A stretch of DNA of 64,000 bases from an uncultured virus (IMG/VR IMGVR_UViG_3300031975_000839) (taxonomy: Duplodnaviria; Heunggongvirae; Uroviricota; Caudoviricetes), in the IMG/VR virus record IMGVR_UViG_3300031975_000839; one strand, given 5' to 3'. Positions 27,449 to 37,414 of the stretch are shown here, piece after piece. The position numbers and the translations under genes are program-made. Under the pieces are notes generated by a model that worked only from the letters and a program-made list of their open reading frames with translations, did not search any database and was not told the DNA's origin. Position 1 is the first letter of the stretch. Every line of letters begins with the position of its first letter.

Positions 27449-28876
27449 TTACTTTGCACTATTGCCAAACTTACCAATTGCAGACATATATGCCTTCATT
27501 GAATCAGTTGTGTCAATGTCCTGTGCTAGGCCAGTTTCTACATCATCAATAGTTTCAGTCGGTTCATCTTTTTTTTGCTTTGGGAAGTAGTTTTCTTTTA
27601 AAGTACCTAACTTTTCACGAAAGGATTCTTCATCAGTAAATTCTACATCTTCAATTAGTGACTTAAACTTCTCAATTTCTGTATCAGCCAAATCGTTTGT
27701 TTCCTCACGAATGACTTGCTCCCTTACTAGACTTCCGTTGTTCTTTTTCAAGTCTACTATTTTCTTAACAGACTCGTTCAACTTACTTTCTAGTTCGGTA
27801 ATTTTTTCTGATTGTGCTTCTAACACATCGTATTTCTCATCTGGTATATCAACATAATGGTCTTCAAATAGAGTTTTTAATCCAGAAATGAAGTCCTCTG
27901 CAATTTCGCCTTTTAAGCCTCTTTCAATTGCAAGTTCATTTTCTTTCATCCATTCCTCAACGACATAGTTCAAATAAGTATCAACTTTTTCTGATAAATC
28001 TGACTTTGTCTTTTGGATATTTTCTTCTAACTCAGTTGAATATTCTTGCTCTAAACGAGTAACTTCGTCACGAATTTTAGATTTAACTGCAGCTTCAAAT
28101 ACTGTTGCAGCTTTCTTCTTAAATTCTTCAGATAAGTCTCCCTCACCATTGATAAGAGCATCAACATGTTCTTTTACATCAACTGATTGAACTCTCTTTT
28201 CAATAGCTTCTTCCATATCCTTATCATCTTCCTCGTCATCTTCTTCATCACCATGAGCAGCATTGTTTAATCTATCATACATTGCTTTTAACTCGTCTTT
28301 CTTTGCATGTTTCATCATGTGGTTCATTGCAGTCATGTATTCAGTTTTAGTTTTTGGCTCTTTTTCTTCTTTATTGTGTGAAGATTCAGAGATAATTTCC
28401 ATATCACTTGCCATAACTTTTTCTTCAATACCATGCTTAAATTGAACATCATACCACTCAACATGTCCGTCATCATCTGGAATTGCGTGTGACTTTAAGA
28501 TTGGTTTACCTTTACCCCAAATTGGGTGTTCCACGACTGTTGCACAATCATGGTCTTTAGAATGGCATAACTCACGAATTTCTTCGTCTGTATAACCTTC
28601 TTTTACTTTTTTCATTTTTTCTGGTGCAACTTCACCTTTTTGTGCTTTATCACCACTAACTTCTTTAGAAGCTGCAGCAACTTTTTTAGCAGGTGAATCA
28701 CCTTGAGTTGGTGACACTACAGCTTTACCTGTATCTTGCATTTCACCATTCTTTTGTTTCTTCATAGGTTCTGCTGGAACAGCAGACTTTTTAGGAGCAT
28801 CGTGCATGGCTTCGTCCAACTCAGCAATGACTTCCGCTTCTAATTCCTCAATGGTTTTGTCTAATTCATTCGCCAT
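27449..28876 (-). CDS. gp22: Prohead core scaffolding protein with an inserted domain
   Basis: LSEEFK.KAAT.FEAAV, YLNYVVEEWM.ENELAIE.G, LKENYF; lies between gp21 and gp23. Confidence 0.9.
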   Translation of the reverse strand: MANELDKTIEELEAEVIAELDEAMHDAPKKSAVPAEPMKKQKNGEMQDTGKAVVSPTQGDSPAKKVAAASKEVSGDKAQKGEVAPEKMKKVKEGYTDEEIRELCHSKDHDCATVVEHPIWGKGKPILKSHAIPDDDGHVEWYDVQFKHGIEEKVMASDMEIISESSHNKEEKEPKTKTEYMTAMNHMMKHAKKDELKAMYDRLNNAAHGDEEDDEEDDKDMEEAIEKRVQSVDVKEHVDALINGEGDLSEEFKKKAATVFEAAVKSKIRDEVTRLEQEYSTELEENIQKTKSDLSEKVDTYLNYVVEEWMKENELAIERGLKGEIAEDFISGLKTLFEDHYVDIPDEKYDVLEAQSEKITELESKLNESVKKIVDLKKNNGSLVREQVIREETNDLADTEIEKFKSLIEDVEFTDEESFREKLGTLKENYFPKQKKDEPTETIDDVETGLAQDIDTTDSMKAYMSAIGKFGNSAK

Positions 28877-28911
28877 GGGGATTTCTCCTTGTTTTAAGTT
28901 ATTTGTTAATT

Positions 28912-28919
28912 TATTTATA
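28912..28919 (-). promoter_or_regulatory. Late promoter TATAAATA
   Basis: Exact motif upstream of gp22. Confidence 0.75.
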
Positions 28920-28921
28920 AA

Positions 28922-29569
28922 TTATAAAAGTTTTAAAAACCTAGCAAACTCCAATGCATCTTGATTTGCTTGCTTGTTTCGGACTTTTTCATTTATTCTT
29001 TTTTTCATCTGCATCAATTCTTCTTCAATTAACACACCATTGTTCCAAACCCACTCTTTGCCTTCCATAATTCCTTGAACAAATGCGTTTGGAGCAGATG
29101 GATCTGCGACAATATCAGCTGCAGTCGCAAGATAAAAATCATTCTTTACATAATTCGCACCATTTTTTTGTTCTAAACTACCCATACCTCTTGAAGATAC
29201 ACCTAGTTTTCCACCAGCATCCATTAAATTTTCTACTATTCTACCCATAGGAGTTTTAAGAATTTTTGCTTCTCCAATAAAGTTTTTTCCGTCTGGTTTT
29301 AAAGATGTAATCATGTGTGATGCACGCTCAAGATTTACAGTTGGGCCATCTGGGTGTCCTAATTCACCAAATGCACGATTCTGATTAACATAATCTTTAT
29401 TATATCTGTTTACCTCTTTTTCAAGAACTGGAAATGGATATACTCTACCATTTCTATTCTTTACTTCGGATTGCATAAAGACACCTTTTATTTTATATGT
29501 CTTTTCTCCACCATCTTTTTCTTCTGTGATGTATTCTACATCTTCTATGTGTTCTGATATTAACTTCAT
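28922..29569 (-). CDS. gp21: Prohead protease
   Basis: NRNGRVY, GELGHP, LGVSSRGMGS, DIVADPSAP. Confidence 0.95.
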   Translation of the reverse strand: MKLISEHIEDVEYITEEKDGGEKTYKIKGVFMQSEVKNRNGRVYPFPVLEKEVNRYNKDYVNQNRAFGELGHPDGPTVNLERASHMITSLKPDGKNFIGEAKILKTPMGRIVENLMDAGGKLGVSSRGMGSLEQKNGANYVKNDFYLATAADIVADPSAPNAFVQGIMEGKEWVWNNGVLIEEELMQMKKRINEKVRNKQANQDALEFARFLKLL

Positions 29570-30033
29570 ACTGAGCTTCCTTGTGCGACTTCTTGTATAT
29601 GAACTCCACCATCACTTCCAGCAGTTTCGTTTATGACTGATATAAAGTAAGAGGTTTGTCCGAAATTGTATTGAAGTGCATTACCAACATTACTTGATTC
29701 ATCAGTTGCATCTTCCATTGATATAAAAGAACCAGCATCTGAACCTGAACTATCTGTTCCGTCTAATAATGCTTTACCCTCACCATTTCTTATTATTTCC
29801 TCTGGAATTACTGTGATTGATGAGCTGGCTTTTAAATAAAAACCATTTGTTGCAGTCACAGTTGTTCTATCTGAATTAAGTGTTATTTTAAAAAATACAT
29901 CATTTCCACCAAATTCACTTATTCTAAATGAAGAACCTCTTGATAATTTTCCTAATTCTAGTCCATGAGCTGCATCATCACCTAATGTTGAAGCAGTGAT
30001 TGTGCCTACGAACCTTACTAATTTTAATGCCAT
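29566..30033 (-). CDS. Hypothetical virion protein
   Basis: 155-aa ORF in the head module; carries the LLDGTDSSGSDAG acidic motif. Confidence 0.55.
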   Translation of the reverse strand: MALKLVRFVGTITASTLGDDAAHGLELGKLSRGSSFRISEFGGNDVFFKITLNSDRTTVTATNGFYLKASSSITVIPEEIIRNGEGKALLDGTDSSGSDAGSFISMEDATDESSNVGNALQYNFGQTSYFISVINETAGSDGGVHIQEVAQGSSV

Positions 30034-30048
30034 GTCTCTATTCCTTAC

Positions 30049-30297
30049 CTAGATTGTTAACATTTCTCGTTCAAAATATTTTAAAAGTTCCTTTTCTGGA
30101 ACTCTATACTTTTTTGAGGTTGCAGTTATAGTTTTATCAAAACTATTTAGGAAATCTTGAGGTTTAGAGTCCATTTTTTTAAAAATATTATCAACAGCCT
30201 CTTTCATTTTAGGTGAAAGTTTTTTATATTCTTTTGATTTTTTATGCTCGTCTTTTTCTACGACTGGAGTATAAAATTCATCAAACTTCTTCGTCAT
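30049..30297 (-). CDS. Small prohead-core-region protein
   Basis: 82-aa ORF overlapping the gp67-like gene, in the gp68 position. Confidence 0.55.
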   Translation of the reverse strand: MTKKFDEFYTPVVEKDEHKKSKEYKKLSPKMKEAVDNIFKKMDSKPQDFLNSFDKTITATSKKYRVPEKELLKYFEREMLTI

Positions 30298-30457
30298 CTT
30301 TCTCTACCTGTGGTGTTTTGACAAAATTATTTGCGACTTCTCGTCTTTTTAATTCAAGTGCATCACCAACTTTTTGTTGCATTACAGATTTAAATGAAGT
30401 TTCTGCACCTAAATTGTCGTCTTTTGATAATGCGTCTACTATTTCATCTGTGTTCAT
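30281..30457 (-). CDS. gp67: Prohead core protein gp67-like (58 aa, not in the ORF track)
   Basis: MNTDEIVDALSKDDNLGAETSFKSVMQQKVGDALELKRREVANNF...; ATGA-coupled to the gp20 stop. Confidence 0.65.
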   Translation of the reverse strand: MNTDEIVDALSKDDNLGAETSFKSVMQQKVGDALELKRREVANNFVKTPQVEKDDEEV

Positions 30458-31989
30458 TCTTCATCTCCTTTATCACTATTACCTCTGGTTATACCATCAG
30501 TATCATTTACATTAATTCCACCATCATCTGGGTCTGAATTAGCTTCTTTATTAATTTCTTTTTGCATATCATCAATTTCCATGTCAGTCATATTTAAAAT
30601 ATTTTTCTGTACCCATTTCTTACTAAAGAATGTTCCAACATATGACTCTACTTGTGAAAGTGAATCTAGTTGTTCTTTAAGTATCTCTGCTTTCTTTAGT
30701 TCTGCAAAATGACCATCTTGCATGAAGTCATATTGAATATGCTCTTTCATGTTAGACCAATCTTCTAATGTTATAATACCTTTTAAAATTAATTGTGTTT
30801 TAAGAACATCAGTAAAGAGTGGAGTAAATTTCTTTCTTAATCTTTGAACAAACTTTGTAAATTTAAGTTCATCTCTAGTAATCTCTGTTGAACGGCCAAG
30901 ACTAAAATTGTTCTCTGCTTCCATACGAGATACTGGAACATTTAATGCACGATAAAGTTTGTTTTGAAAATACTTGATGTCATCTATTTCACCAAGATTA
31001 GAACCGCCTGGTAGTGTAGTAATTTCTGTTCCTCTACCACCCTCTCGTCTTGGCAACCAAAAATCTTCTAGCATAGACATATGACTTCTATCATCTCTTA
31101 TCTCACCAGTTGATGCATCATAAACCAACTTATTACGATAACGATTCATTACATCTTTTAGATATTGTTCTGCTTTAATCTTTGGTAAATTACCAACATC
31201 AATATAAAATATTCTTCTTTCTGGAGCTCTTGATATTCTGTATATAACAACAGAATCCTCAATCATTCGTAGTTGATTAACTGGTTTGATTGCTTTGTGA
31301 AGATAAGATAAAACATTACCTTTGTTTTGATCTACTAAACCAGATGGGCAATATGTAATACTGTCAGGTGATATTCTTATACCCTCTGATGTTCCATAGT
31401 TTACAAGACCTTTTTCATTGTAAAGATAATATTCTTCTACTTTTTTAATTAAGTCAGCACCACTATTAGATTTAGCATCTTTTTGAATACTTCTAACTTT
31501 TCTAATTTTACGAGGATCAATATATCTTAATTCTTGCACACCAGCTTTAGGATTGTTTTTGTTAATTACTTTATGATAAAATAGTCTACCATCAACATAC
31601 CATCTACGAAATATGTCATGTCCTTTTACATCAAAATCAAGAAGTTGTAATACATGATTAAATTCTTCTTGTATTCTTTTTTTAATATTATTAGGATATG
31701 GTAATCTATCTAAAACAATAGAAACAGACTGGTCTTTTTCATCAGACACAATGCCTTCATTTACAATGTCCTCTATTGCAGAGTCACATTCTGGTTGCTG
31801 TGAAATGTCACGATATCTGCGAACTAAATCTTGTTCAGTTCTTTCTCTACCATCTGTATTTAAGACTTGCCCAAAAAAACCACCACCAGCAATATCTATC
31901 GTTCCGTCATCGCTAGATGGGGGAGTGAATTTGTCACTCCCCTTTTGGTCTTTTATTCTTTCAAACTTGAATCCAAACAATTCTGCCAT
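30454..31989 (-). CDS. gp20: Portal vertex protein
   Basis: FRRWYVDGR, YRISRAPERRIFYIDVGNLP, EDFWLPRREGGRGTEI. Confidence 0.97.
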   Translation of the reverse strand: MAELFGFKFERIKDQKGSDKFTPPSSDDGTIDIAGGGFFGQVLNTDGRERTEQDLVRRYRDISQQPECDSAIEDIVNEGIVSDEKDQSVSIVLDRLPYPNNIKKRIQEEFNHVLQLLDFDVKGHDIFRRWYVDGRLFYHKVINKNNPKAGVQELRYIDPRKIRKVRSIQKDAKSNSGADLIKKVEEYYLYNEKGLVNYGTSEGIRISPDSITYCPSGLVDQNKGNVLSYLHKAIKPVNQLRMIEDSVVIYRISRAPERRIFYIDVGNLPKIKAEQYLKDVMNRYRNKLVYDASTGEIRDDRSHMSMLEDFWLPRREGGRGTEITTLPGGSNLGEIDDIKYFQNKLYRALNVPVSRMEAENNFSLGRSTEITRDELKFTKFVQRLRKKFTPLFTDVLKTQLILKGIITLEDWSNMKEHIQYDFMQDGHFAELKKAEILKEQLDSLSQVESYVGTFFSKKWVQKNILNMTDMEIDDMQKEINKEANSDPDDGGINVNDTDGITRGNSDKGDEE

Positions 31990-32033
31990 TATCTTATATC
32001 TCCTAATTCGTACTACTATTTAGTAGTGTTAAA

Positions 32034-32567
32034 TTAGAAACTTACACCAGATGGCTCAAAGTGTTGGTATCTCCAAGTAACTTCAAATGTTTCTAACTCA
32101 GTTGCTTCTGCACTTGATAATTCAACTGCTGCAACAGTTAATGGATAACAAGCTCTAAAGATATAAGTTTTTAAAACTGTATCATCTCTATCTAGTTGCT
32201 CAACAAATACATCAGTTTGATAATCAGCAGGAGCAGTAACACCAGTATTATTTGCATAATCATTAATACCATTCTGCCATCTTTCCATTGCGTTTCTTAT
32301 CATAAAGTCAGTATCATTATAGAATGTGGTAGTCCAAGTTTCAGGAGCTGGCCTATCACCAGAAACATAAATGTTTCTTCCTCTAAATGGAACTGCAATC
32401 TCACCTAATGTTGATGCAGGCAATTGTGATGCTGTGCAAAGAAAAGAAGTTCTACGAACATCAAGTCCTATTGCAATACCTGATGGTGGAGTAATTGTCA
32501 CTCTAAATTGATTGGCTCTTGCACCACCACCGATTAAGTTTGCTTTAAAATCGTCTATATTTGCCAT
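32034..32567 (-). CDS. gp19: Tail tube protein
   Basis: GGGARANQF, VPFRGR, W.TTFYNDTDF.IR. Confidence 0.93.
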   Translation of the reverse strand: MANIDDFKANLIGGGARANQFRVTITPPSGIAIGLDVRRTSFLCTASQLPASTLGEIAVPFRGRNIYVSGDRPAPETWTTTFYNDTDFMIRNAMERWQNGINDYANNTGVTAPADYQTDVFVEQLDRDDTVLKTYIFRACYPLTVAAVELSSAEATELETFEVTWRYQHFEPSGVSF

Positions 32568-32569
32568 GA

Positions 32570-34573
32570 TTAACCTCCTACCTCAGAAAATGCAACTCCA
32601 GTTCTTGTTGCAATGAAGTTAAGTGATATAAAGTTAATTGAACGAGCAGGTTTGACAAAAATATCTGCAACAAACTCATTTCTGTCTATGACTTCACCAG
32701 TATTATTGGTTGCATCACATTTCACAGAAAAATCTTGTATACCTCGTCTACCTTGAACATCTCTTAAGAAAGGTTCAACTAAGTTTCTAAACTGTGCTCT
32801 TGTAAACTCATCATTGAACTCAAAGAGTTGGAACTTAGCCGCAGTTGCAATTGCCTTTTCAAGAACCAAGAATAATCTTCTAACATTGATTCTATCAAAC
32901 GCACTTGGTTTTGCAAGTGCAGTTTTATCACCAAAGAGTGTTACACCTTGGCCTGGAAAGTTAACAACAGGGTTAACTCTTGCACGATAAAGAACATCTC
33001 TGTTTGCTTTAGTTGGATTGTATGATAGTTTGATTGCGTTTCTAACTCTACCACGATTAAAACCAGCTGGAGAGAACCATGCGTCTTGAACTAAATCAGT
33101 ATTTGCACAAAGTCCAGCAGTATCACCATTCAATGGTACGAATCTAAACACATCATTATACTTATCAAATTGATACTTATATCCACTATCAAACACTACA
33201 TAAGAAGATGATGGACATAAATCAAATGCAGTTTTAACATTTTCTGTTGCAGTTACATTTGAAGTAACACCTACTGTTGCAGAGCGATAAGGTGAAACAA
33301 ATGCAACACAATCTTTTCTTGTTTCTACAAGTGCAGTTAACATTGTTACATGAGTATCTTGTGATGAACTAGTATCAGCTGCACCTCCACCTTTACCACC
33401 AAGAATTAAATTAACATCTTCTGATTCAGTATCTTCAAACTTATCATATGCAAGTTCTAATTCACCAGCTGTCACTGCGTAATCGTCAGTACCACCTGAT
33501 AATGAATCTATGGTAATTGTATCAACATCTGTATATGTACTTGTTGTGTCAGTTCCCCAATTAGTACCAGCAGATATGTGGTCAGTCCAGTAAATAAATT
33601 CTGATTGTCTGAAAATAACATCTGCATAGTAAATAGAATCACCTTGTGGTGATTTTGCATTTGGATTCTTTGACATACGAGCAAATGTTTCTATAACTGC
33701 TTCTGTTCTTTTTCCATTTGCTTGAAAATCTGCACCAGTAATATCGCCTGTTGTATCATAAACAACAACATGCATTTCATCATTAGAACCACGAGCTTGA
33801 TCTGTTGCGTATTGTGATGTGCCTGGAGCACCATCAAATAAATCGTAAAACTCCCATCTTCTCTTGATGTAAGAATTATCTGGAACTATATTTTGTAATC
33901 CAGCACCATTTGGATCGTCTTTTAATTTAATTGTTAATACATTTGTGCTAGTGTTAATTGCAGTTACTTGATATTCATTTCGGTCATCTACTGGTGTTGC
34001 AGCTGCAGAGTCAGAGTAGAAAGAGATTAAATCTCCAACATTAAATGTTTCACCAGATGCATCAACATCGTCTACTGCAATTTCAGTAGCACCAACTGCA
34101 TCTTCACCTACTGTTAAAACACTACCTGATGTAATTTGTTCGTATGCATCTGCTTCTGCACAAATTTGAACACCTATTGAATTACCCCATGTTCCAGCTG
34201 ACCTTGCAGCCCATTCTCCATGTGAGCCTTGTCCAGTTGAAAAACTTGCAAGATAATGATCGTCATCACGAATGAGAATACCAGAGTTTGCACCAGCATT
34301 TAAAATTCCTGATTCTACACGAACAACTTTAAGTGAATCTGTGTATGATAGAAAACTAGATGCTGTAAACCAGTTTTCAAACTGATTACTATCTGTTTTT
34401 GGTTTACCAAATATTTTTACTAATTCTTCTTCTGAGGTAATATTTACCACAGTAGAAACTGGCCCTTTCTCAAAGGCTGAGGCAATTGCACCTATTGAAG
34501 TTGCAACTGCTGGTACGACATTCGTTAAATCTATTTCTTTAACTTGAACGCCAGGAGAAACTAAAAATGCCAT
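32570..34573 (-). CDS. gp18: Contractile tail sheath protein
   Basis: VSPGVQVKEIDLT, WFSPAGFNRG, FDRINVRRLF, KPARSINFI. Confidence 0.97.
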   Translation of the reverse strand: MAFLVSPGVQVKEIDLTNVVPAVATSIGAIASAFEKGPVSTVVNITSEEELVKIFGKPKTDSNQFENWFTASSFLSYTDSLKVVRVESGILNAGANSGILIRDDDHYLASFSTGQGSHGEWAARSAGTWGNSIGVQICAEADAYEQITSGSVLTVGEDAVGATEIAVDDVDASGETFNVGDLISFYSDSAAATPVDDRNEYQVTAINTSTNVLTIKLKDDPNGAGLQNIVPDNSYIKRRWEFYDLFDGAPGTSQYATDQARGSNDEMHVVVYDTTGDITGADFQANGKRTEAVIETFARMSKNPNAKSPQGDSIYYADVIFRQSEFIYWTDHISAGTNWGTDTTSTYTDVDTITIDSLSGGTDDYAVTAGELELAYDKFEDTESEDVNLILGGKGGGAADTSSSQDTHVTMLTALVETRKDCVAFVSPYRSATVGVTSNVTATENVKTAFDLCPSSSYVVFDSGYKYQFDKYNDVFRFVPLNGDTAGLCANTDLVQDAWFSPAGFNRGRVRNAIKLSYNPTKANRDVLYRARVNPVVNFPGQGVTLFGDKTALAKPSAFDRINVRRLFLVLEKAIATAAKFQLFEFNDEFTRAQFRNLVEPFLRDVQGRRGIQDFSVKCDATNNTGEVIDRNEFVADIFVKPARSINFISLNFIATRTGVAFSEVGG

Positions 34574-34605
34574 GACTTTACTCCCTATAAATTATTATTT
34601 TTAAA

Positions 34606-34613
34606 TATTTATA
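34606..34613 (-). promoter_or_regulatory. Late promoter TATAAATA
   Basis: Exact motif upstream of gp18. Confidence 0.75.
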
Positions 34614-34653
34614 AAAAATCACTTTCTAATATAATTCATTTATAATCAAAAGT

Positions 34654-34661
34654 TATAAATA
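34654..34661 (+). promoter_or_regulatory. Late promoter TATAAATA (plus strand, divergent)
   Basis: Exact motif directly before the plus-strand zinc-finger ORF. Confidence 0.6.
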
Positions 34662-34666
34662 TGGTT

Positions 34667-34951
34667 ATGAAAACACATTATGAAAAATATAAATCAACAA
34701 TTAAAAAAGTTGCAAGACGACACAGATTGTTAAAAGATAAATGGATAACAGATTATCTTATGACTAATTCTTGCTATGTCTGTGGTGAATCTGAACTTAT
34801 ATGCTTACAATTTTATCCTGACGATAGAAAAATAAGAGCATTATCTAAAAAGTCTAATGATAAAAAAGATGTAATTAAGTATATAGAAAAAAATAAAATT
34901 GTATGTAGAAATTGCTTTCAAAAATTAGATTCAGATATAATTACCAGTTAG
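34667..34951 (+). CDS. Degenerate HNH-like zinc-finger protein
   Basis: CYVCGE...LQFY...IVCRNCF; the only plausible plus-strand gene; start 34661 or 34667. Confidence 0.6.
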   Translation: MKTHYEKYKSTIKKVARRHRLLKDKWITDYLMTNSCYVCGESELICLQFYPDDRKIRALSKKSNDKKDVIKYIEKNKIVCRNCFQKLDSDIITS

Positions 34952-36581
34952 TATCATATTTTCTAACAACAGGCGACCAGCGAGTTCCATATTCATCAGT
35001 CATTTGTCCAACATTATCGTCCTCTAATCCATCAACAACAAATCCAAATGGAGCCATGTCTTGCTCTAACTGGTCTTGCTGTTCACGATACATTTGTTTT
35101 CTAATATCACTATCAGTTAGTTCTTTAAAGTATGTTTGGTCTGTTGCCCAACCAAATAAGAATAAGCACGCAACTAAATCATCTGTGCAGCCATCGTCTG
35201 CTTCAAAAGAACTACCTTTAACAATAAATGTAGATAGTTCACTAATTAAATCATAATCTTCCACAATTATTTTACTATCTTCTAGCATTTGTTTTAAATT
35301 AGAGCAACCTATTTTTTTAACTGCTTTTGTAGTTCTAACACCTAGTTGGACTTTTCCACCAGAAAAACCAGTTCCCATAACTTGTCCAGAGCGTCCACGC
35401 ATAGATGCCATAATTAAGTTTTCATATTCTAAATCATATTGCAATGCGTTTGCAACTTGCTCACCTATGTCATTTACTTCAACTAAAACAAAAGCTTCAT
35501 TGTATGCTTTTGCAACATGATATATTTTTTGTGGAAATAATAAAGGCTTGATTTCATTATCTCTAAACTTTGCAACGATACGATATGGAACTTGTGAAAC
35601 ATCAAATACAATATATGCAGAGTAATCATTTGATGTTCCTCTTGATACATCTGCAACTATTAAATATGTTTTATCTTTTTGTGGATTCTCGTATATGTCA
35701 AGTCCAGCATTTGACTTTATTGGACTTCTATATGCAAGTGTTTTAAGTTTACTTGGATTAATTAGAGTGTTGATTGAGCCAAGAAACTGACACTCAAACT
35801 CAGTGTTAAATTGTGATTCTGATGTATTTTTAATTGTTTCTTGCTTCCATTTTTCATCACGGCCAGGCACTTCACTCCAATGCACCTCTATTGGAATATA
35901 TGAGTTTCTTTTTTCTTCTGCATCTATCCATAGTTTATAAAACATATTCATACCATGTGGTGTAGATACAATCATTACCTTTGTTGTTTTACCAGATGAT
36001 ATTGTAGGATATACAGAGCTAAAGAATTGCTCTGCGACATTAGATGGAACATATGCAAACTCGTCTAAGAATATGATGTTATACGAGCCACCACGAACTG
36101 CACTTGCAGATGTTGATGATGCGAGTATTTTAGAACCATTCTCTAACTCCAGAGAACCTTTATTCCATGACATAACTCCTTGCTGTAACCATTTAGGTAA
36201 GTGCTCATATGCAAGTTGTAATCGTCCTAATAAATCTCTTGCAGTTGCAGCTTTGTTTGCAAGTATTGCTACATTAACTGAGTCATTAAATAACACATAA
36301 TGCAGTAAATATGATATGATTGTTGTTGATTTACCTGATTGTCTTGGAAGTTTACAAATAGTAAAACGATTACTATGAAATGTTCCAATCATTTCTTTCT
36401 GAAAATCGTATAATTTAAATGGAACTAAACCCTCATCAAGAGAAACAATTTTCACATAATTCTGTATGAAATACATAGGGTCTTTCATACATTGTGCAAA
36501 TTCTTTTACTTGTTTTTCTGTCCATTGAACAGAAACATTTGCACGCTTTAAATTGGGATTACCTAGATAATTATTTTCCAT
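34941..36581 (-). CDS. gp17: Terminase large subunit
   Basis: YLGNPNLK, PRQSGKST, IFLDEFA, STPHG, DDLV. Confidence 0.97.
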   Translation of the reverse strand: MENNYLGNPNLKRANVSVQWTEKQVKEFAQCMKDPMYFIQNYVKIVSLDEGLVPFKLYDFQKEMIGTFHSNRFTICKLPRQSGKSTTIISYLLHYVLFNDSVNVAILANKAATARDLLGRLQLAYEHLPKWLQQGVMSWNKGSLELENGSKILASSTSASAVRGGSYNIIFLDEFAYVPSNVAEQFFSSVYPTISSGKTTKVMIVSTPHGMNMFYKLWIDAEEKRNSYIPIEVHWSEVPGRDEKWKQETIKNTSESQFNTEFECQFLGSINTLINPSKLKTLAYRSPIKSNAGLDIYENPQKDKTYLIVADVSRGTSNDYSAYIVFDVSQVPYRIVAKFRDNEIKPLLFPQKIYHVAKAYNEAFVLVEVNDIGEQVANALQYDLEYENLIMASMRGRSGQVMGTGFSGGKVQLGVRTTKAVKKIGCSNLKQMLEDSKIIVEDYDLISELSTFIVKGSSFEADDGCTDDLVACLFLFGWATDQTYFKELTDSDIRKQMYREQQDQLEQDMAPFGFVVDGLEDDNVGQMTDEYGTRWSPVVRKYDTNW

Positions 36582-37002
36582 TCTTCAAACTCTCAATTGC
36601 TTCACGATTACTTACAATGTGTTTATCCTGATTGGCATCTATGAGTGCTTGAAGTTTTTCTGCTTTTTCTTTGTCAGTATCTAAATGTAATTCTGAATTA
36701 ATTATTTTTTCTATTTTTAATACATGTATTCTTTCATTTGGAACATATCTCCAGATATATCCTTTTTCAGAATAAACACCAAATACAGTTTCACTTATAC
36801 CAATTTTTATGATAACTGCATCATTACCCTCAAGAAGAACTTTATCTCCCTCATTAAATGCTGGATTCATTTTAAATTTTATACCTTTTGCAAGGCCAGT
36901 TGCAATATCTTTCACCCAAATTGCAATAATAAAACTAATTAATATTCCAACCCAAGGCAGTATAAACTCAGTCAGTTGTAATGTCTGTGCTTCCATGTCC
37001 AT
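36571..37002 (-). CDS. MscS-like (mechanosensitive channel middle domain) membrane protein
   Basis: One TM helix, then FNEGDKV.LEG...KIG.SET.F...YVPNERI. Confidence 0.6.
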   Translation of the reverse strand: MDMEAQTLQLTEFILPWVGILISFIIAIWVKDIATGLAKGIKFKMNPAFNEGDKVLLEGNDAVIIKIGISETVFGVYSEKGYIWRYVPNERIHVLKIEKIINSELHLDTDKEKAEKLQALIDANQDKHIVSNREAIESLKNGK

Positions 37003-37414
37003 CTGTTTTTCCTTTTAACATCTTTTGTAACTCAGCAGTTGAACCCACAAACAATGCGTTAGTAACATTTTTAGGTGCAGTATTAGGAACTTCTTTGAGT
37101 CTTTTCATCTTTTCTTGCAGCTCACCAAGTTTCTCTGTAACCTCTGCAACCTGTTTAATTAAATTACCAGCTACCTCATAGGTGCGTGGATGCTCTGATT
37201 CTTTTGCAATTTCAAGAATACCCTCAATTGCATCTTGCCCTCTCTCTACCAAATTGTAAAAATTTTCTCTCTGATATTTGTAGTCTGCATCAACATCTTC
37301 TAATTTATCTGATGGCCTTTTAACAATTACTTTTGTTTTTGCACCCTTAAGTTCTTGTTCAACAGGGTCAAGAACACCAAGAGTTTCATCAAGAACATCA
37401 GCTGCAGTTTTCAT
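36968..37414 (-). CDS. gp16: Terminase small subunit
   Basis: DYKYQRENFY, HPRTYEV, NALFVGSTAELQKML. Confidence 0.92.
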   Translation of the reverse strand: MKTAADVLDETLGVLDPVEQELKGAKTKVIVKRPSDKLEDVDADYKYQRENFYNLVERGQDAIEGILEIAKESEHPRTYEVAGNLIKQVAEVTEKLGELQEKMKRLKEVPNTAPKNVTNALFVGSTAELQKMLKGKTDGHGSTDITTD

